From positions 1,240,203 through 1,304,202 of the forward strand of contig JBJBEO010000001.1 in assembly GCA_047284725.1 (NCBI GenBank): a DNA stretch of 64,000 nt, given 5' to 3'. The position numbers and the translations under genes are program-made. The notes under the pieces are model-generated. The model had not been told where the DNA came from. It ran no database searches and saw nothing but the letters and a program-made list of their open reading frames with translations. Source of the stretch: Synechococcus sp. GTDB lineage: Bacteria; Cyanobacteriota; Cyanobacteriia; PCC-6307; Cyanobiaceae. Each line of letters starts with the position of its first letter. Position 1 is the stretch's first letter. Below, one piece after another: positions 21,474 to 32,394 of the stretch.

Positions 21474-22444
21474 GTCTTTCCGTCACCAATCTCGGTCGCC
21501 GCATCGGAGATCGATGGATTCTCCGGCATCTTGACCTCCAGGTTCGAGAAGGAGAATGTCTTGCCTTGGTGGGCCCAAGTGGGTGTGGCAAGAGCACCAC
21601 ACTGCGCTTGATCGCCGGTCTTGACCGAGTAGACGAGGGCACGATCCGTCTCAATGACACGGACATCACCACAACAGCCGCCGTTGAACGCAAGGTGGGA
21701 ATGGTGTTCCAGAGCTATGCGCTGTTTCCGCATCTCAGTGTTTCCGCAAACCTTGAACTGGGTTTGAAAGTGAGAGGTATCAACAGGGATGAGCGACAGC
21801 AGAGGGTTCGTCGCGTGCTGCAACTGGTGCAGCTTGAAGAACAGGCAACACTGAAGCCGGCCCAACTGTCGGGAGGGCAACGTCAACGGGTGGCACTGGC
21901 TCGAGCCCTGTTGCGCGATCCTCAGATTTATCTGCTCGATGAGCCGATGAGCAATCTCGATGCACAATTGCGCGAAGAGTTAAGGCCCCAACTCCGTCGC
22001 CTCGTGCTTCAGGATCAGAAACCCGTGGTGTTTGTGACCCACGATCAGCATGAAGCGATGGCAATGGCCGATCGAATCGCCGTGCTTCGTCAAGGACGAA
22101 TTGAGCAGGTGGCAACTCCGATGGAGCTTTACCATCATCCTGAAACTCTCTTTGTAGCAGAATTCATTGGTCGCCCACAAATCAATCTTTTGCCACCTGA
22201 GCAAGGAGTGGTGAGGGCAATTCGACCTGAATCAATTGAACTGATCTCTGATGGAATCCCCTGTCGCCTCTTGCATCGAGAATGGCTGGGTCCCAGTCAG
22301 ATCTGGCAATTGGATTCGTCCATTGGGACATTGCGCATGATGATCGGCGCTGAACAGTCGGTTCCAGAGCGTATTGCTGTGGGATGGTCAACGCATCTAG
22401 AGCATCACTTCAATGTTGAAAACGGAAAACGAATCAGTGCTTAG
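21470..22444 (+). CDS. Sugar ABC transporter ATPase (MalK/GgtA-like)
   Basis: [27 protein letters not shown] and DEPMSNLDA. Confidence 0.92.
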   Translation: MSLSVTNLGRRIGDRWILRHLDLQVREGECLALVGPSGCGKSTTLRLIAGLDRVDEGTIRLNDTDITTTAAVERKVGMVFQSYALFPHLSVSANLELGLKVRGINRDERQQRVRRVLQLVQLEEQATLKPAQLSGGQRQRVALARALLRDPQIYLLDEPMSNLDAQLREELRPQLRRLVLQDQKPVVFVTHDQHEAMAMADRIAVLRQGRIEQVATPMELYHHPETLFVAEFIGRPQINLLPPEQGVVRAIRPESIELISDGIPCRLLHREWLGPSQIWQLDSSIGTLRMMIGAEQSVPERIAVGWSTHLEHHFNVENGKRISA

Positions 22445-23547
22445 CCCAACGCACTGAATGACAGGAGTATTCGACGAAGCATTTCACCATGTTGTGCAGC
22501 ATCCTGTTTAATTGCCGCGATAGATTCCCCACTCGGAGGTTTCATCAGTTGTGCCTGCCATCGTGTCTGTAAGGCGTGATGCGTTGGCAGTTTGGCAAGA
22601 TCAACACAATCCACATCTGCCATCGCGGCAGCTGCCTCAACTTTAGGGTCATAACTCAAGGCTGCGCAGGGAGCTCCTGCCAACTGAGCCAGAATCAAGG
22701 CATGTAGACGCATCGGCAACACCAATTGCGCCCTTGCCATCAAGCCAAGTACTTGCTCGAGGCTCTGGGCAGTTTCAAATGTTGAACGTTGACGCAAGCT
22801 GATTGGGATCAAAGCGCGTTCGGTCAGCATCTCAGGCACCGCACCATCCTGACGCTGATGAAAAGCCAGCCAGGTGACTGGTAATTGATGGTTTTCTGCC
22901 AAGGTGTTGACTGCCTGGACGAGAGCAGCCCACCCCTGTGTATCCAACAGAGAGGTGGGTCTCCAGCACAGCACCAGTCCTGTCCTTTCCCATTGTGAAC
23001 AGCTGCCGCCTCTCCAGGGTTGACTGGGGTAGCTCCACACAGGATCTGATGCCATCAGCATCGGTACGCGCAATCCCCAGCGAGTCGCCATTCCCATTGA
23101 CCCTGGATCTCGCCAGCTGATCGCGGTCACGCTGGGGAGGATTGTTCGAACAAGAACGCGACTCAGCGTTCGGCGCAGGGGGCCAAGTCCCTGTCCCCAC
23201 AGAATCACGGGGATCCCTCTGCACCGCGCCAACCAGAGCAGACCGATGTAATACAGCAGGCTTTTCAATGACGTGCTGTCCTGCAAAAGACTGCCTCCGC
23301 CAAGAACGAGGGCATCCATGCTGGTTAGCGCCTTGGCTGTTTCCAGGAAGGAGCGACGCTGCACCACCAATGCAGAGGGTCTGAGGCCTGAGACAGCTTC
23401 ACGATCAAACGCCGTGATGCAGGCACTCCACTCTGAGGGAAGCTGTCCCAACAGAACACTCAGCAGAGCGTCATCTCCAAGGTTGTGCTCGCCGTAGTAG
23501 CCACACAGCATCACGGCCGGCTCACCCTTGGGTCTCCTTACCGACAT
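22441..23547 (-). CDS. csaB: Polysaccharide pyruvyl transferase CsaB
   Basis: GYYGEHNLGDDALL, GGGSLLQDSTS, MRLHALI and SYDPKV. Confidence 0.9.
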   Translation of the reverse strand: MSVRRPKGEPAVMLCGYYGEHNLGDDALLSVLLGQLPSEWSACITAFDREAVSGLRPSALVVQRRSFLETAKALTSMDALVLGGGSLLQDSTSLKSLLYYIGLLWLARCRGIPVILWGQGLGPLRRTLSRVLVRTILPSVTAISWRDPGSMGMATRWGLRVPMLMASDPVWSYPSQPWRGGSCSQWERTGLVLCWRPTSLLDTQGWAALVQAVNTLAENHQLPVTWLAFHQRQDGAVPEMLTERALIPISLRQRSTFETAQSLEQVLGLMARAQLVLPMRLHALILAQLAGAPCAALSYDPKVEAAAAMADVDCVDLAKLPTHHALQTRWQAQLMKPPSGESIAAIKQDAAQHGEMLRRILLSFSALG

Positions 23548-23616
23548 CGAGCACCCATTGATCCACTCATTATCGGTCGAAAGCTGCGCCTAGGCTGCGT
23601 TCAGCTTCCAACCTTG

Positions 23617-23949
23617 ATGCACGCCCTGTCACTTGGCACCTGGTGGATCCATGTGGCCTCTGTTCTGGAATGGATCCTGGCAATGGCGCTTCTGCGTTGG
23701 CAGGCACATCAGGAAAGGAATCCTGCCCTGATCTGGATGGCTGTGGCCATGACTCCAGCCCTGGTCAGCGCCATGGCAGCGTGCACCTGGCATTGGTTTG
23801 ACAACAGTGAGCAACTGCGCGGGCTGGTGGTGCTGCAGGCGGGGAGCACCGCCTTGGGAAACTGCGCACTCGCTGTTGCGGCCTGGAGTCTGCTGCGATC
23901 CGAGCAACAAGGGGCGTCTTCTGCAGCGAACCGTGAGAGCGACGCATGA
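23617..23949 (+). CDS. DUF2499 / Ycf49-like membrane protein
   Basis: MHALSLGTWWIHVASVLEW...PALVSAMAACTWH. Confidence 0.82.
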   Translation: MHALSLGTWWIHVASVLEWILAMALLRWQAHQERNPALIWMAVAMTPALVSAMAACTWHWFDNSEQLRGLVVLQAGSTALGNCALAVAAWSLLRSEQQGASSAANRESDA

Positions 23950-24275
23950 TGGCCTGGCTTCAAATGCTCGCTGGTATTGACCCCTCCCCATTCTTTGCCG
24001 TTTCACTCCTGCCCTATCTGCTTTTCCTGCGTTTGATCTCGCGGAGCAGAAGTGTTCACCCGCTCAGTCTGTTGGGGTTCCAGCTCACGTTGCTCTTCGT
24101 GGCGGTCACGATCGGCGCAGCCATCATCGCGCTGAAGATGTTTGACAGCGAACTGGTGGGCATCGATTCCCTCCATGGTGGAGCTGAAGCCTTTCTCACA
24201 CTGAGTAATGCACTGGTGGTGGCAGGGCTTCTACGGCGACTTCGTCAGACCACAGACGTTGAACAGGGTGAATAA
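23946..24275 (+). CDS. DUF3593 membrane protein
   Basis: F..SLLPYL.FL...GF..TLLFVAVTI...LHGGAEAFLTLSN; usual partner of DUF2499. Confidence 0.8.
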   Translation: MMAWLQMLAGIDPSPFFAVSLLPYLLFLRLISRSRSVHPLSLLGFQLTLLFVAVTIGAAIIALKMFDSELVGIDSLHGGAEAFLTLSNALVVAGLLRRLRQTTDVEQGE

Positions 24276-24339
24276 CTCTTACGAGGATGAGAAGGGTGCT
24301 GCCCAATCCCTGAAGATAAAGTGTCTATTCAGGGTTTGC

Positions 24340-24597
24340 ATGTTCACCCCGCTCCTGGCCATCGCTCCCGCCTCCTTCAGCTGGTCCCCGAAAGTGGCCC
24401 TGGTGATGATCGTTTGCAATGTCATCGCCATTGGCCTCGGCAAAGCCACGATCAAATATCCCAACGAAGGTGCGAAGCTGCCAAACGCAGCCTTCTTCGG
24501 TGGCATGGGTCACGCAGCCTTACTCGGCACCACCAGCCTTGGTCACATCCTTGGCATTGGTGCCATCCAGGGCCTGGCAGCACGCGGCGTCCTTTGA
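24340..24597 (+). CDS. psaK: Photosystem I subunit PsaK
   Basis: WSPKVALVMIVCNVIAI...TSLGHILGIGAIQGLAARGVL. Confidence 0.93.
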   Translation: MFTPLLAIAPASFSWSPKVALVMIVCNVIAIGLGKATIKYPNEGAKLPNAAFFGGMGHAALLGTTSLGHILGIGAIQGLAARGVL

Positions 24598-24608
24598 GGA
24601 TTCAGAAA

Positions 24609-24636
24609 TGGAAGAGGGCACACCAACCCTCTTCCA
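24609..24636. terminator. Hairpin between convergent psaK and dxs
   Basis: TGGAAGAGGG-CACACCAA-CCCTCTTCCA, a perfect 10 bp stem with a weak U tract. Confidence 0.55.
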
Positions 24637-24679
24637 GCCGACTCGGCTCCATTTTCCCTGAGATGCCAGTGCTGGTGGC

Positions 24680-26608
24680 TTAAGCCACAGTTGATGCCTT
24701 CTCGGGAATTTTTGCTGAAGCGTGTGTCCAAGCGAAGCTCTCACAGATGCGTCGGGTCATCTGTGCTGGTGTCAGCCCCAGGCGCTCAAAGCTTTGCTGC
24801 GGAGTTGCATGATCGACGAGTTGATCTGGAATCCCAATACGCAACATCGGCACTTGGATGTTGTGATCACTGAACGACTCGAGTACAGCCGCGCCGAAGC
24901 CTCCTGCAAGGGCGCCCTCTTCCATCGTCACAACTTTGCCGATACTGCGTGCGAGCGGATGGATCAAGGCCTGATCAAGGGGGCGAAGGAAACGTGCATT
25001 GACGACGGTGGCCTGAACTCCGGCAGCACTGAGTAGCTCAGCGGTTTCGATCGCTCGGCTGACCATTGAGCCGTACGCAACGATTAGTAGATCGTCTCCG
25101 CTGCGCACTGTTTCACCGCATCCAACGGTCAGAGGTTCCCAACCTTCCTCCATCAGAGGAACACCTTCTCCAGGTCCCCTCGGAATCCTCAGAGCGGTGG
25201 GTCCGTTGTGCTGAAGGCAGGTCACCATCATGCGCTGGAGCTCCGCCTCATCCTTGGGGGCCATCACCGTGAAGTTAGGGATTGCCCGGAAATAACTGAT
25301 GTCGTACTGGCCCTGATGGGTCGGCCCATCGGCACCGACGATGCCGGCTCGGTCGAGCACAAACGTGACCGGCAGCTTCTGAATGCCCACATCGTGAATG
25401 AGCTGGTCATAGGCCCTTTGCAAAAACGTGCTGTAGATGGCCACAACAGGTTTGAGTCCTTCGCATGCCATGCCTGCGGCAAGGGTGACGGCGTGTTGCT
25501 CAGCGATACCGACATCGACATATTGAGACGGGATCTCTTTCTGAAGAAGGTCGAGACCTGTCCCGGTTGCCATGGCAGCGGTGATGCCGATCACCTGGGG
25601 GTCCTGCTCGCAGAGCTTGACCAGAGTCTGGCCAAACACTTTGCTGTAACTCTGAGGCTTCGGTGTTTTGCTCGGACGTGCCTTGCCAGTTTCAAGGTCG
25701 AATGCCGACTGAGCGTGATACCCGACCTGATCCGCTTCGGCATAGGGATAACCCTTACCCTTCGTGGTGACCACATGCACCATCACGGGCCCACCGACAC
25801 GGTGGGCAGCCTGGAAGGTGCGGGTCATTTCTGCGATGTCGTGACCATCGATGGGGCCCATGTAGGTGAAGCCAAGCTCCTCGAACACGGCTCCCACCTT
25901 GGGGACAGCGAGACGTCGCATGCTGTCTTTGAGGCGGTTCAGCTCAGGGGGAATTTCACCGCCCATGAACGGGAGATGCTTCATGCTCTCCTCCACGCTG
26001 CCTGAGATGAACTGCATGGGGGGACTGAGCCGCATGCGATTCAGGTAGGTGGACAAGGCACCCACTGGTGGAGAAATCGACATGTCGTTGTCGTTGAGCA
26101 CCACCAACAACGGCGTAGTGGGGAGATGTCCCGCATGGTTGATCGCCTCGAGTGCCATGCCCCCGGTGAGGGCACCATCACCAATCACGGCAACGCATTT
26201 GAACTCTTCACCGCGACGATCGCGGGCGATCGCCATGCCAAGGGCAGCAGAAATTGATGTGCTGGCATGACCGGCACCGAAATGATCGAATTCGCTCTCA
26301 CAGCGCTTCAGATAGCCAGCGACACCATTCTGTTGACGCAGAGTGTGGAAATCGCCGTAACGGCCTGTAAGGAGCTTGTGGGGATAGGCCTGATGACCGA
26401 CATCCCAGACAACTCTGTCTCGATCAAGATCGAGGGTTTGGTAAAGGGCCAGGGTAAGTTCGACGACGCCCAGGCCAGGGCCCAGGTGGCCACCGCTCTT
26501 GGACACCACTTCGAGGTGCCGTTCGCGGATCTGAGTTGCAATGGCCTCAAGCTCCTGCACCGACATGCCATGGAGCTGGTTGGGGTGGGTCAACTCACTC
26601 AGATGCAT
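24680..26608 (-). CDS. dxs: 1-deoxy-D-xylulose-5-phosphate synthase
   Basis: [27 protein letters not shown]...NDN and DGPTHQG. Confidence 0.97.
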   Translation of the reverse strand: MHLSELTHPNQLHGMSVQELEAIATQIRERHLEVVSKSGGHLGPGLGVVELTLALYQTLDLDRDRVVWDVGHQAYPHKLLTGRYGDFHTLRQQNGVAGYLKRCESEFDHFGAGHASTSISAALGMAIARDRRGEEFKCVAVIGDGALTGGMALEAINHAGHLPTTPLLVVLNDNDMSISPPVGALSTYLNRMRLSPPMQFISGSVEESMKHLPFMGGEIPPELNRLKDSMRRLAVPKVGAVFEELGFTYMGPIDGHDIAEMTRTFQAAHRVGGPVMVHVVTTKGKGYPYAEADQVGYHAQSAFDLETGKARPSKTPKPQSYSKVFGQTLVKLCEQDPQVIGITAAMATGTGLDLLQKEIPSQYVDVGIAEQHAVTLAAGMACEGLKPVVAIYSTFLQRAYDQLIHDVGIQKLPVTFVLDRAGIVGADGPTHQGQYDISYFRAIPNFTVMAPKDEAELQRMMVTCLQHNGPTALRIPRGPGEGVPLMEEGWEPLTVGCGETVRSGDDLLIVAYGSMVSRAIETAELLSAAGVQATVVNARFLRPLDQALIHPLARSIGKVVTMEEGALAGGFGAAVLESFSDHNIQVPMLRIGIPDQLVDHATPQQSFERLGLTPAQMTRRICESFAWTHASAKIPEKASTVA

Positions 26609-26676
26609 TCCCGTCCGCCGGCCGATCAGGCCAATCTACGGGGCACCCGGCAGCAGCGGCGAGACACAATGACCGG

Positions 26677-28224
26677 ATGGATCACTACTTGCCCCGTATC
26701 CTTCGCGCCCGTGTCTACGACGTGGCACGGGAAACACCTTTAGAGCAAGCCATCAATCTCAGTCGCAGACTTCACAACAGCGTTTGGCTCAAGCGCGAAG
26801 ACCTCCAGCCCGTGTTCTCCTTCAAATTGCGCGGCGCCTACAACCGCATGGCCCAGCTCAGCACAGACGAGCTGGGGCGAGGGGTGATCGCATCGAGTGC
26901 GGGTAACCATGCCCAGGGTGTTGCACTCAGTGCCCAGCAGTTGCGCTGCAAGGCCGTCATTGTGATGCCGATCACCACACCTGACGTGAAGGTGCAAGCG
27001 GTACGAGCCCGAGGCGCCGAGGTTGTTCTGCATGGTGAGACCTACGACGAGGCCTACGCCGAGGCCATGCGTCGGAGTGAAGCCGATGGGCTCTGTTTCA
27101 TTCATCCCTTTGATGATCCAGAGGTCATTGCCGGCCAGGGAACGATCGGCATGGAAATCCTGCGTCAGATCCACCAGACCCCCGATGCGATTTATGTGGC
27201 GGTGGGGGGAGGTGGCCTGATCGGTGGGATCTCGGCTTATGTCAAAAGTCTCTGGCCCGACGTGAAAGTGATCGGGGTCGAACCCCATGACGCTGCCGCC
27301 ATGACCTTGTCGTTGGAGGCAGGAGAGCGGATTCGTCTGCCCCAGGTCGGCCTCTTTGCCGATGGCGTCGCGGTGCGAGAGGTGGGGGAAAACACCTTTG
27401 CGCTGGCCCAGCGCTACGTGGACGCCATGGTCACGGTGGGAACAGATGAGATCTGCGCGGCCATCAAAGATGTGTTTGAAGACACACGCTCCATCCTCGA
27501 GCCTGCTGGAGCCCTGGCGATCGCGGGACTGAAGGCAGATGTGGTTCGGCGGGGATTAAAAGATCAGGTCCTGGTGGCCGTCGCCTGCGGCGCCAATATG
27601 AACTTCGATCGTCTTCGTTTTGTGGCGGAGCGGGCGGAGCTGGGTGAAGAACGCGAGGCCATGCTGGCCGTGCAGATTCCAGAAAAGGCCGGCAGTCTGC
27701 GTCAGCTCTGCGAATGCCTGGAACGTCGCAGTCTGACGGAATTCAGCTACCGCATGAGTGATGGCCCCACGGCTCAGATCTTCATGGGTGTGCAGGTGCA
27801 AGGTCCCGATGATCGACGGGCTCTGATCGCCTTGCTTCAAGATCAGGGATTTCCTTGTCAGGATCTCAGCGACGATGAACTGGCCAAGGTTCATCTCAGG
27901 CACATGGTGGGGGGTCGCTTACCAGCCTCTGCCCAGTGCCGTCACGATGACGACTGCCTTGAGCTGTTGTATCGCTTTGAGTTCCCCGAACGTCCCGGGG
28001 CGCTGATGACCTTTGTCACCGCGTTAAGACCGGAATGGACCATCAGCATCTTCCATTACCGCAACCATGGAGCGGATGTGGGCCGCATCGTGGTGGGAGT
28101 TTTGGTGAAGAACACAGACCTGGAGAACTGGAACACCTTTCTGCGGGATGTGGGCTACCCCAGCTGGGAAGAAACCGGAAATCCCGCCTATCGGCTCTTC
28201 CTTGGCCAGTCAAGCCCTGTCTGA
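26677..28224 (+). CDS. ilvA: Threonine ammonia-lyase, biosynthetic
   Basis: KREDLQPVFSFKLRGAYN, SAGNHAQG and FEFPERPGAL. Start placed at ATG 26677. Confidence 0.96.
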   Translation: MDHYLPRILRARVYDVARETPLEQAINLSRRLHNSVWLKREDLQPVFSFKLRGAYNRMAQLSTDELGRGVIASSAGNHAQGVALSAQQLRCKAVIVMPITTPDVKVQAVRARGAEVVLHGETYDEAYAEAMRRSEADGLCFIHPFDDPEVIAGQGTIGMEILRQIHQTPDAIYVAVGGGGLIGGISAYVKSLWPDVKVIGVEPHDAAAMTLSLEAGERIRLPQVGLFADGVAVREVGENTFALAQRYVDAMVTVGTDEICAAIKDVFEDTRSILEPAGALAIAGLKADVVRRGLKDQVLVAVACGANMNFDRLRFVAERAELGEEREAMLAVQIPEKAGSLRQLCECLERRSLTEFSYRMSDGPTAQIFMGVQVQGPDDRRALIALLQDQGFPCQDLSDDELAKVHLRHMVGGRLPASAQCRHDDDCLELLYRFEFPERPGALMTFVTALRPEWTISIFHYRNHGADVGRIVVGVLVKNTDLENWNTFLRDVGYPSWEETGNPAYRLFLGQSSPV

Positions 28225-28265
28225 AATCGTCGCAGACGATAAGTTGAAGTGCTGTTTGTTGGAGG

Positions 28266-28802
28266 GTGATGGCACAGACGCACGAGATCTCCCTTCCAGC
28301 CAGGCTTGAGGCCATCCTGTATCTCAAAGGCACACCGGTTGGATTGAAGGAGTTGGCTCGGCTCGCCGAGACCAGCGAATCCCTGGTGGAGCAAGCCATG
28401 CTGGCGCTTGAAGCCAGCTACGCACAACGCGATACAGCCTTGGAAATTGTTGTCGGCAGCAGCACCTACAGCCTGCAGTTGCGCGCTGGTCTTGGAGAAT
28501 TGGTACGCGATCTGTTGCCCGTCAACCTGTCAACGGCATGCCTGCGCACACTGGCGACGATCGCTCTGAAGAAGCGGGTCCTGCAGTCGGATCTCGTCGA
28601 CCTGCGAGGGTCTGGTGCCTATGACCACATCAAGGAGTTGCTGGCCCAGAACTTCATCGAGAGAAAACGCCAGAGTGAAGGCCGTTCTTACTGGCTCACT
28701 CTCACGGACAAATTTCATCGCACCTTTTCTGTGTTGCCGCCGACCGGTCCCGATGGTGATGCTGCGATCGAGCCGAACGACGAATCCGCTCAGGCTGCAT
28801 AG
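28266..28802 (+). CDS. scpB: SMC-Scp complex subunit ScpB
   Basis: LEAILYL...LRTLATIALK...DLRGSGAYDHIKEL. Confidence 0.88.
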   Translation: MMAQTHEISLPARLEAILYLKGTPVGLKELARLAETSESLVEQAMLALEASYAQRDTALEIVVGSSTYSLQLRAGLGELVRDLLPVNLSTACLRTLATIALKKRVLQSDLVDLRGSGAYDHIKELLAQNFIERKRQSEGRSYWLTLTDKFHRTFSVLPPTGPDGDAAIEPNDESAQAA

Positions 28803-28826
28803 AGTCGTTGCAGGTCCACAGGAACC

Positions 28827-29135
28827 ATGTCTTCAGACGTCCTCTTTTATTTGGCAAAACTGCTGGGTGTGTTGGCCAGCACCATCGGCATCTACCTCTT
28901 CGTGTTGCTGGTGCGCGTTCTCCTGAGCTGGTTCCCCAACCTCGACTGGGGCGGCAACCCAGCCCTCAGTGCGATCAGCTCCATCACAGACCCTTATCTC
29001 AATACGTTTCGCGGGATCATTCCTCCACTGGGCGGGCTTGATCTTTCGGCGATCCTCGCCTTCATCGTGCTCAACCTTGCGCAGGGTTGGATGCAAGGTC
29101 TGAGTGCCCAGCTTCTCAACGCCAGCTACGGCTGA
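28827..29135 (+). CDS. YggT/YlmG family membrane protein
   Basis: RVLLSWFPN...ITDPYLN.FRGIIPPLGGLDLS. Confidence 0.9.
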   Translation: MSSDVLFYLAKLLGVLASTIGIYLFVLLVRVLLSWFPNLDWGGNPALSAISSITDPYLNTFRGIIPPLGGLDLSAILAFIVLNLAQGWMQGLSAQLLNASYG

Positions 29136-29172
29136 CGACTGGAAGGCTCCATTGACGTTGGCATCGCCAACG

Positions 29173-29502
29173 TCAGCGGTGATCCCCGCTTCCAGACAGG
29201 CGACCACGTGAAGCTCGGCTGCTCAACTTCTCCAGGTTGCTCGCTGCAACCTCCTCGAGGCTGAAGCCCAGTTCGCTGGAGAGCTGAGCCACATACCAGA
29301 GCACGTCACCCAACTCCAGCTTGATCGCCTCCCGACTCTCACGATCAAACTCTCCGCCTCGATCACGCAGCACTTTTTTCACTTTGTCGGACACTTCACC
29401 GGCCTCTCCCGTTAAGCCCAGGGTGGGATAAATCGGGTTGGATCCAACCTCGGGATACCTGGCTGTTTCACGAGCCGACTGCTGATAGGCGTTCAGATCC
29501 AT
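29173..29502 (-). CDS. MazG-like nucleotide pyrophosphohydrolase
   Basis: LGLTGEAGEV..KVKK...ELGDVLWY. Confidence 0.88.
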   Translation of the reverse strand: MDLNAYQQSARETARYPEVGSNPIYPTLGLTGEAGEVSDKVKKVLRDRGGEFDRESREAIKLELGDVLWYVAQLSSELGFSLEEVAASNLEKLSSRASRGRLSGSGDHR

Positions 29503-29589
29503 GGCCTTGTTGCTCCCTGCTCAGATCAAAGGCCACGACAGGCCCGTTCGCACTGGAGGGTAGATTCCCCTTTGTTCAAGGCCCAGTGG

Positions 29590-31059
29590 ATGGCGCAAAT
29601 CGATCTGTCGCGTAGAACCAAGATCGTGGCCACCATTGGCCCAGCCACCGAGAGTCCCGAACGACTTCGGGAACTCATCCAAGCTGGCGCTACTACCTTC
29701 CGACTCAACTTTTCCCACGGCGACCACAGCGAGCACGCCGCTCGGATCCAGACCATTCGTCAGGTCTCTGCTGAACTCGGGCAACACATCGGCATTCTTC
29801 AGGATCTTCAGGGTCCGAAAATTCGTCTGGGACGTTTCGCGGATGGTCCGATCACCCTTGCCAACGGAGACCCCTTCACCCTGACCTCAAGGGCTGTGGC
29901 CTGCAATCAAGAGATTGCCACCGTCACCTACGACAAACTGGCTGATGAGGTGACGCCTGGAAGCCGCATCCTTCTTGATGATGGCCGTGTGGAGATGAAG
30001 GTTGATCGTGTTCAGAAGGACGATCAAACCCTGCATTGCACCGTCACAGTGGGTGGCGTGCTGTCGAACAACAAAGGCGTCAACTTCCCGGACGTGCAGC
30101 TGTCCGTTCGCGCGCTGACAGACAAGGACAAAACCGACCTGGCCTTTGGTCTCGAGCAAGGGGTGGACTGGGTGGCCCTCAGCTTTGTTCGAAACCCGTC
30201 CGACATGCAGGAGATCCGCGATCTGATTCGACAGCACGGTCACACCACTCCTGTGGTCGCCAAGATCGAAAAATTCGAGGCCATTGATCAGATCGATTCG
30301 ATCCTGCCTCTGTGTGACGGGGTGATGGTCGCCCGTGGCGATCTCGGTGTGGAGATGCCAGCCGAGGAAGTGCCGCTATTGCAGAAGGAACTGATTCAGA
30401 AAGCGAACAGCCTTGGCATTCCGATCATCACAGCCACACAGATGCTTGATTCGATGGCATCCAGTCCTCGACCGACTCGCGCTGAAGTGAGTGATGTGGC
30501 GAACGCGATTCTCGATGGCACCGATGCAGTGATGCTGTCGAATGAGACTGCCGTCGGTGATTTTCCTGTAGAGGCAGTGGAAACGATGGCCACCATCGCT
30601 CGGCGCATCGAAAAGGATTATCCGCAGCGAATGATTGACAGCCACCTGCCGAGCACCATTCCCAATGCGATCAGCAGCGCGGTGAGCACGATCGCGGCCC
30701 ATCTCAACGCATCAGCGATTCTGCCGCTGACCAAAAGCGGAGCGACCGCCCACAACGTCAGCAAATTCCGCCCTGCAGCGCCTGTACTCGCCATTACGAG
30801 CGATGCTGCGGTTGCTCGCAAATTGCAGCTTGTCTGGGGTGTGACCCCCCTGCTGACGGAGGTGCATGAACGGACCTCTGCGACCTTCGCCGCCGCCATG
30901 GCCATCGCCCATGAACGCGGCTGGTTGAAATCGGGGGATCTTGTTGTGCAGACCGCCGGTACTCAACCTGAGGTGTCCGGATCGACCGATCTGGTGAAGG
31001 TGGGCATCGTCGGCAACGATGGACTGCTCGACAACGGCCTTTCCCACGCCACGATCTGA
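29590..31059 (+). CDS. pyk: Pyruvate kinase
   Basis: [35 protein letters not shown] and TQMLDSM. Confidence 0.96.
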   Translation: MAQIDLSRRTKIVATIGPATESPERLRELIQAGATTFRLNFSHGDHSEHAARIQTIRQVSAELGQHIGILQDLQGPKIRLGRFADGPITLANGDPFTLTSRAVACNQEIATVTYDKLADEVTPGSRILLDDGRVEMKVDRVQKDDQTLHCTVTVGGVLSNNKGVNFPDVQLSVRALTDKDKTDLAFGLEQGVDWVALSFVRNPSDMQEIRDLIRQHGHTTPVVAKIEKFEAIDQIDSILPLCDGVMVARGDLGVEMPAEEVPLLQKELIQKANSLGIPIITATQMLDSMASSPRPTRAEVSDVANAILDGTDAVMLSNETAVGDFPVEAVETMATIARRIEKDYPQRMIDSHLPSTIPNAISSAVSTIAAHLNASAILPLTKSGATAHNVSKFRPAAPVLAITSDAAVARKLQLVWGVTPLLTEVHERTSATFAAAMAIAHERGWLKSGDLVVQTAGTQPEVSGSTDLVKVGIVGNDGLLDNGLSHATI

Positions 31060-31069
31060 GTGTTTCCCC

Positions 31070-32299
31070 ATGGCTCGCAAGCTGCCGCTCACCGAGATCG
31101 TGGGCATGGCCCTCAAGACTTTGCGAGCCAATCGATTAAGAAGCAGCCTCACGATGCTCGGTATCGTGATCGGCAACGCGTCCGTGATCACGCTGGTCGG
31201 CGTCGGTCGTGGAGCTCAGAATCTGGCTGAAGATCAGCTCAGCAGTCTGGGAGCCAACGTGTTGTTTGTGGTGCCCGGCAACAATGACACCCGCCGCAGC
31301 GGTATCGCCGTCCCCAAGACTCTTGTCCTGGAGGATTCGAAAGCCATCGCAGATCAGGTCCCCAGCATCAAGCGGGTCGCTCCACAGATTGCGACAAGGG
31401 AGGTTGTTCAAGCTGGGTCGCGCAGCTCCAGCAGTTCAATCAATGGCGTTACGCCTGCATTCCTGCCGGTGAGAAGTTTTGAAGTTGCCAATGGCCGCTT
31501 CATCAGTGACCAGGACCTGCGGGCAGCACGGGCCGTCGTGGTGATCGGCCCTGATCTACGGGACAAATTGTTTCCATCCGGTCAAGCGATCGGTGAAACC
31601 CTGCGGATCAAGGATCAGAGCTTTGATGTCATCGGAGTGATGGCACCCAAGGGAGCCGTGTTTGGCAACAACCAGGATGAGGATGTGTACATCCCCCTGA
31701 GCACGATGGTGAGCCGGCTGACCGGACGCGATTCCACCTACGGAGTCAGCCTCAGCTTCATCAGTGTTGAGGCCAACAACGAAGCCAGCACCGGACCTGC
31801 CAAATTTCAGATCACCAATCTCCTGAGACAGCGTCATCGCATCCTTCGCGATGACGATTTCACTGTGCGCTCTCAGAAGGATGCGCTCACAATCGTGAGC
31901 ACCATCACCGGAGGACTCACCCTGATGCTGGCGGCCATTGGGGGTGTCTCCTTGCTGGTGGGCGGGATCGGCATCATGAACATCATGTTGGTGTCGGTGA
32001 GTGAACGCACCGAGGAGATCGGCCTGCGCAAAGCCCTTGGAGCCCGCAGTTCCGATGTGCTCAGCCAATTTCTGGTGGAATCACTGGTGCTTGCTTCACT
32101 CGGAGGGGTAATCGGTACCTTCACTGGCTTAGGCGCCGTTGCCCTCGTGGCTGCACTGACGCCGCTCCCTGCAGCGATTGGAGTTTCTGTTGTTCTTGTC
32201 ACAGTGAGCCTTTCGGGATCCATCGGTTTGTTCTTTGGCGTCGTGCCGGCTCGCCGGGCTGCACGGCTTGATCCGATCGTGGCTCTCCGCAGCCTCTGA
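31070..32299 (+). CDS. MacB/FtsX-like ABC transporter permease
   Basis: [39 protein letters not shown] and [14 protein letters not shown]. Confidence 0.9.
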   Translation: MARKLPLTEIVGMALKTLRANRLRSSLTMLGIVIGNASVITLVGVGRGAQNLAEDQLSSLGANVLFVVPGNNDTRRSGIAVPKTLVLEDSKAIADQVPSIKRVAPQIATREVVQAGSRSSSSSINGVTPAFLPVRSFEVANGRFISDQDLRAARAVVVIGPDLRDKLFPSGQAIGETLRIKDQSFDVIGVMAPKGAVFGNNQDEDVYIPLSTMVSRLTGRDSTYGVSLSFISVEANNEASTGPAKFQITNLLRQRHRILRDDDFTVRSQKDALTIVSTITGGLTLMLAAIGGVSLLVGGIGIMNIMLVSVSERTEEIGLRKALGARSSDVLSQFLVESLVLASLGGVIGTFTGLGAVALVAALTPLPAAIGVSVVLVTVSLSGSIGLFFGVVPARRAARLDPIVALRSL

Positions 32300-32363
32300 A
32301 GGGGGATTCATCCCGGCTCTATCGACCAAACCAGGCATTCAGTCAACGGATTCACGCTTCCAA

Positions 32364-32381
32364 CTCTTAAAGTCATGTAAC
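32364..32381 (-). promoter_or_regulatory. Possible HLR1 (RpaB) site upstream of ftsH2
   Basis: Minus strand GTTACATG-AC-TTTAAGAG: one good and one degenerate half of (G/T)TTACA(T/A)(T/A)-N2 repeat. Confidence 0.3.
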
Positions 32382-32394
32382 TTTCACGGCTTCC

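Noticed and set aside
29173..29502. MazG-like gene as an anti-phage or abortive-infection system
   Set aside because: It is a single-domain gene embedded among core genes with no defence partners.
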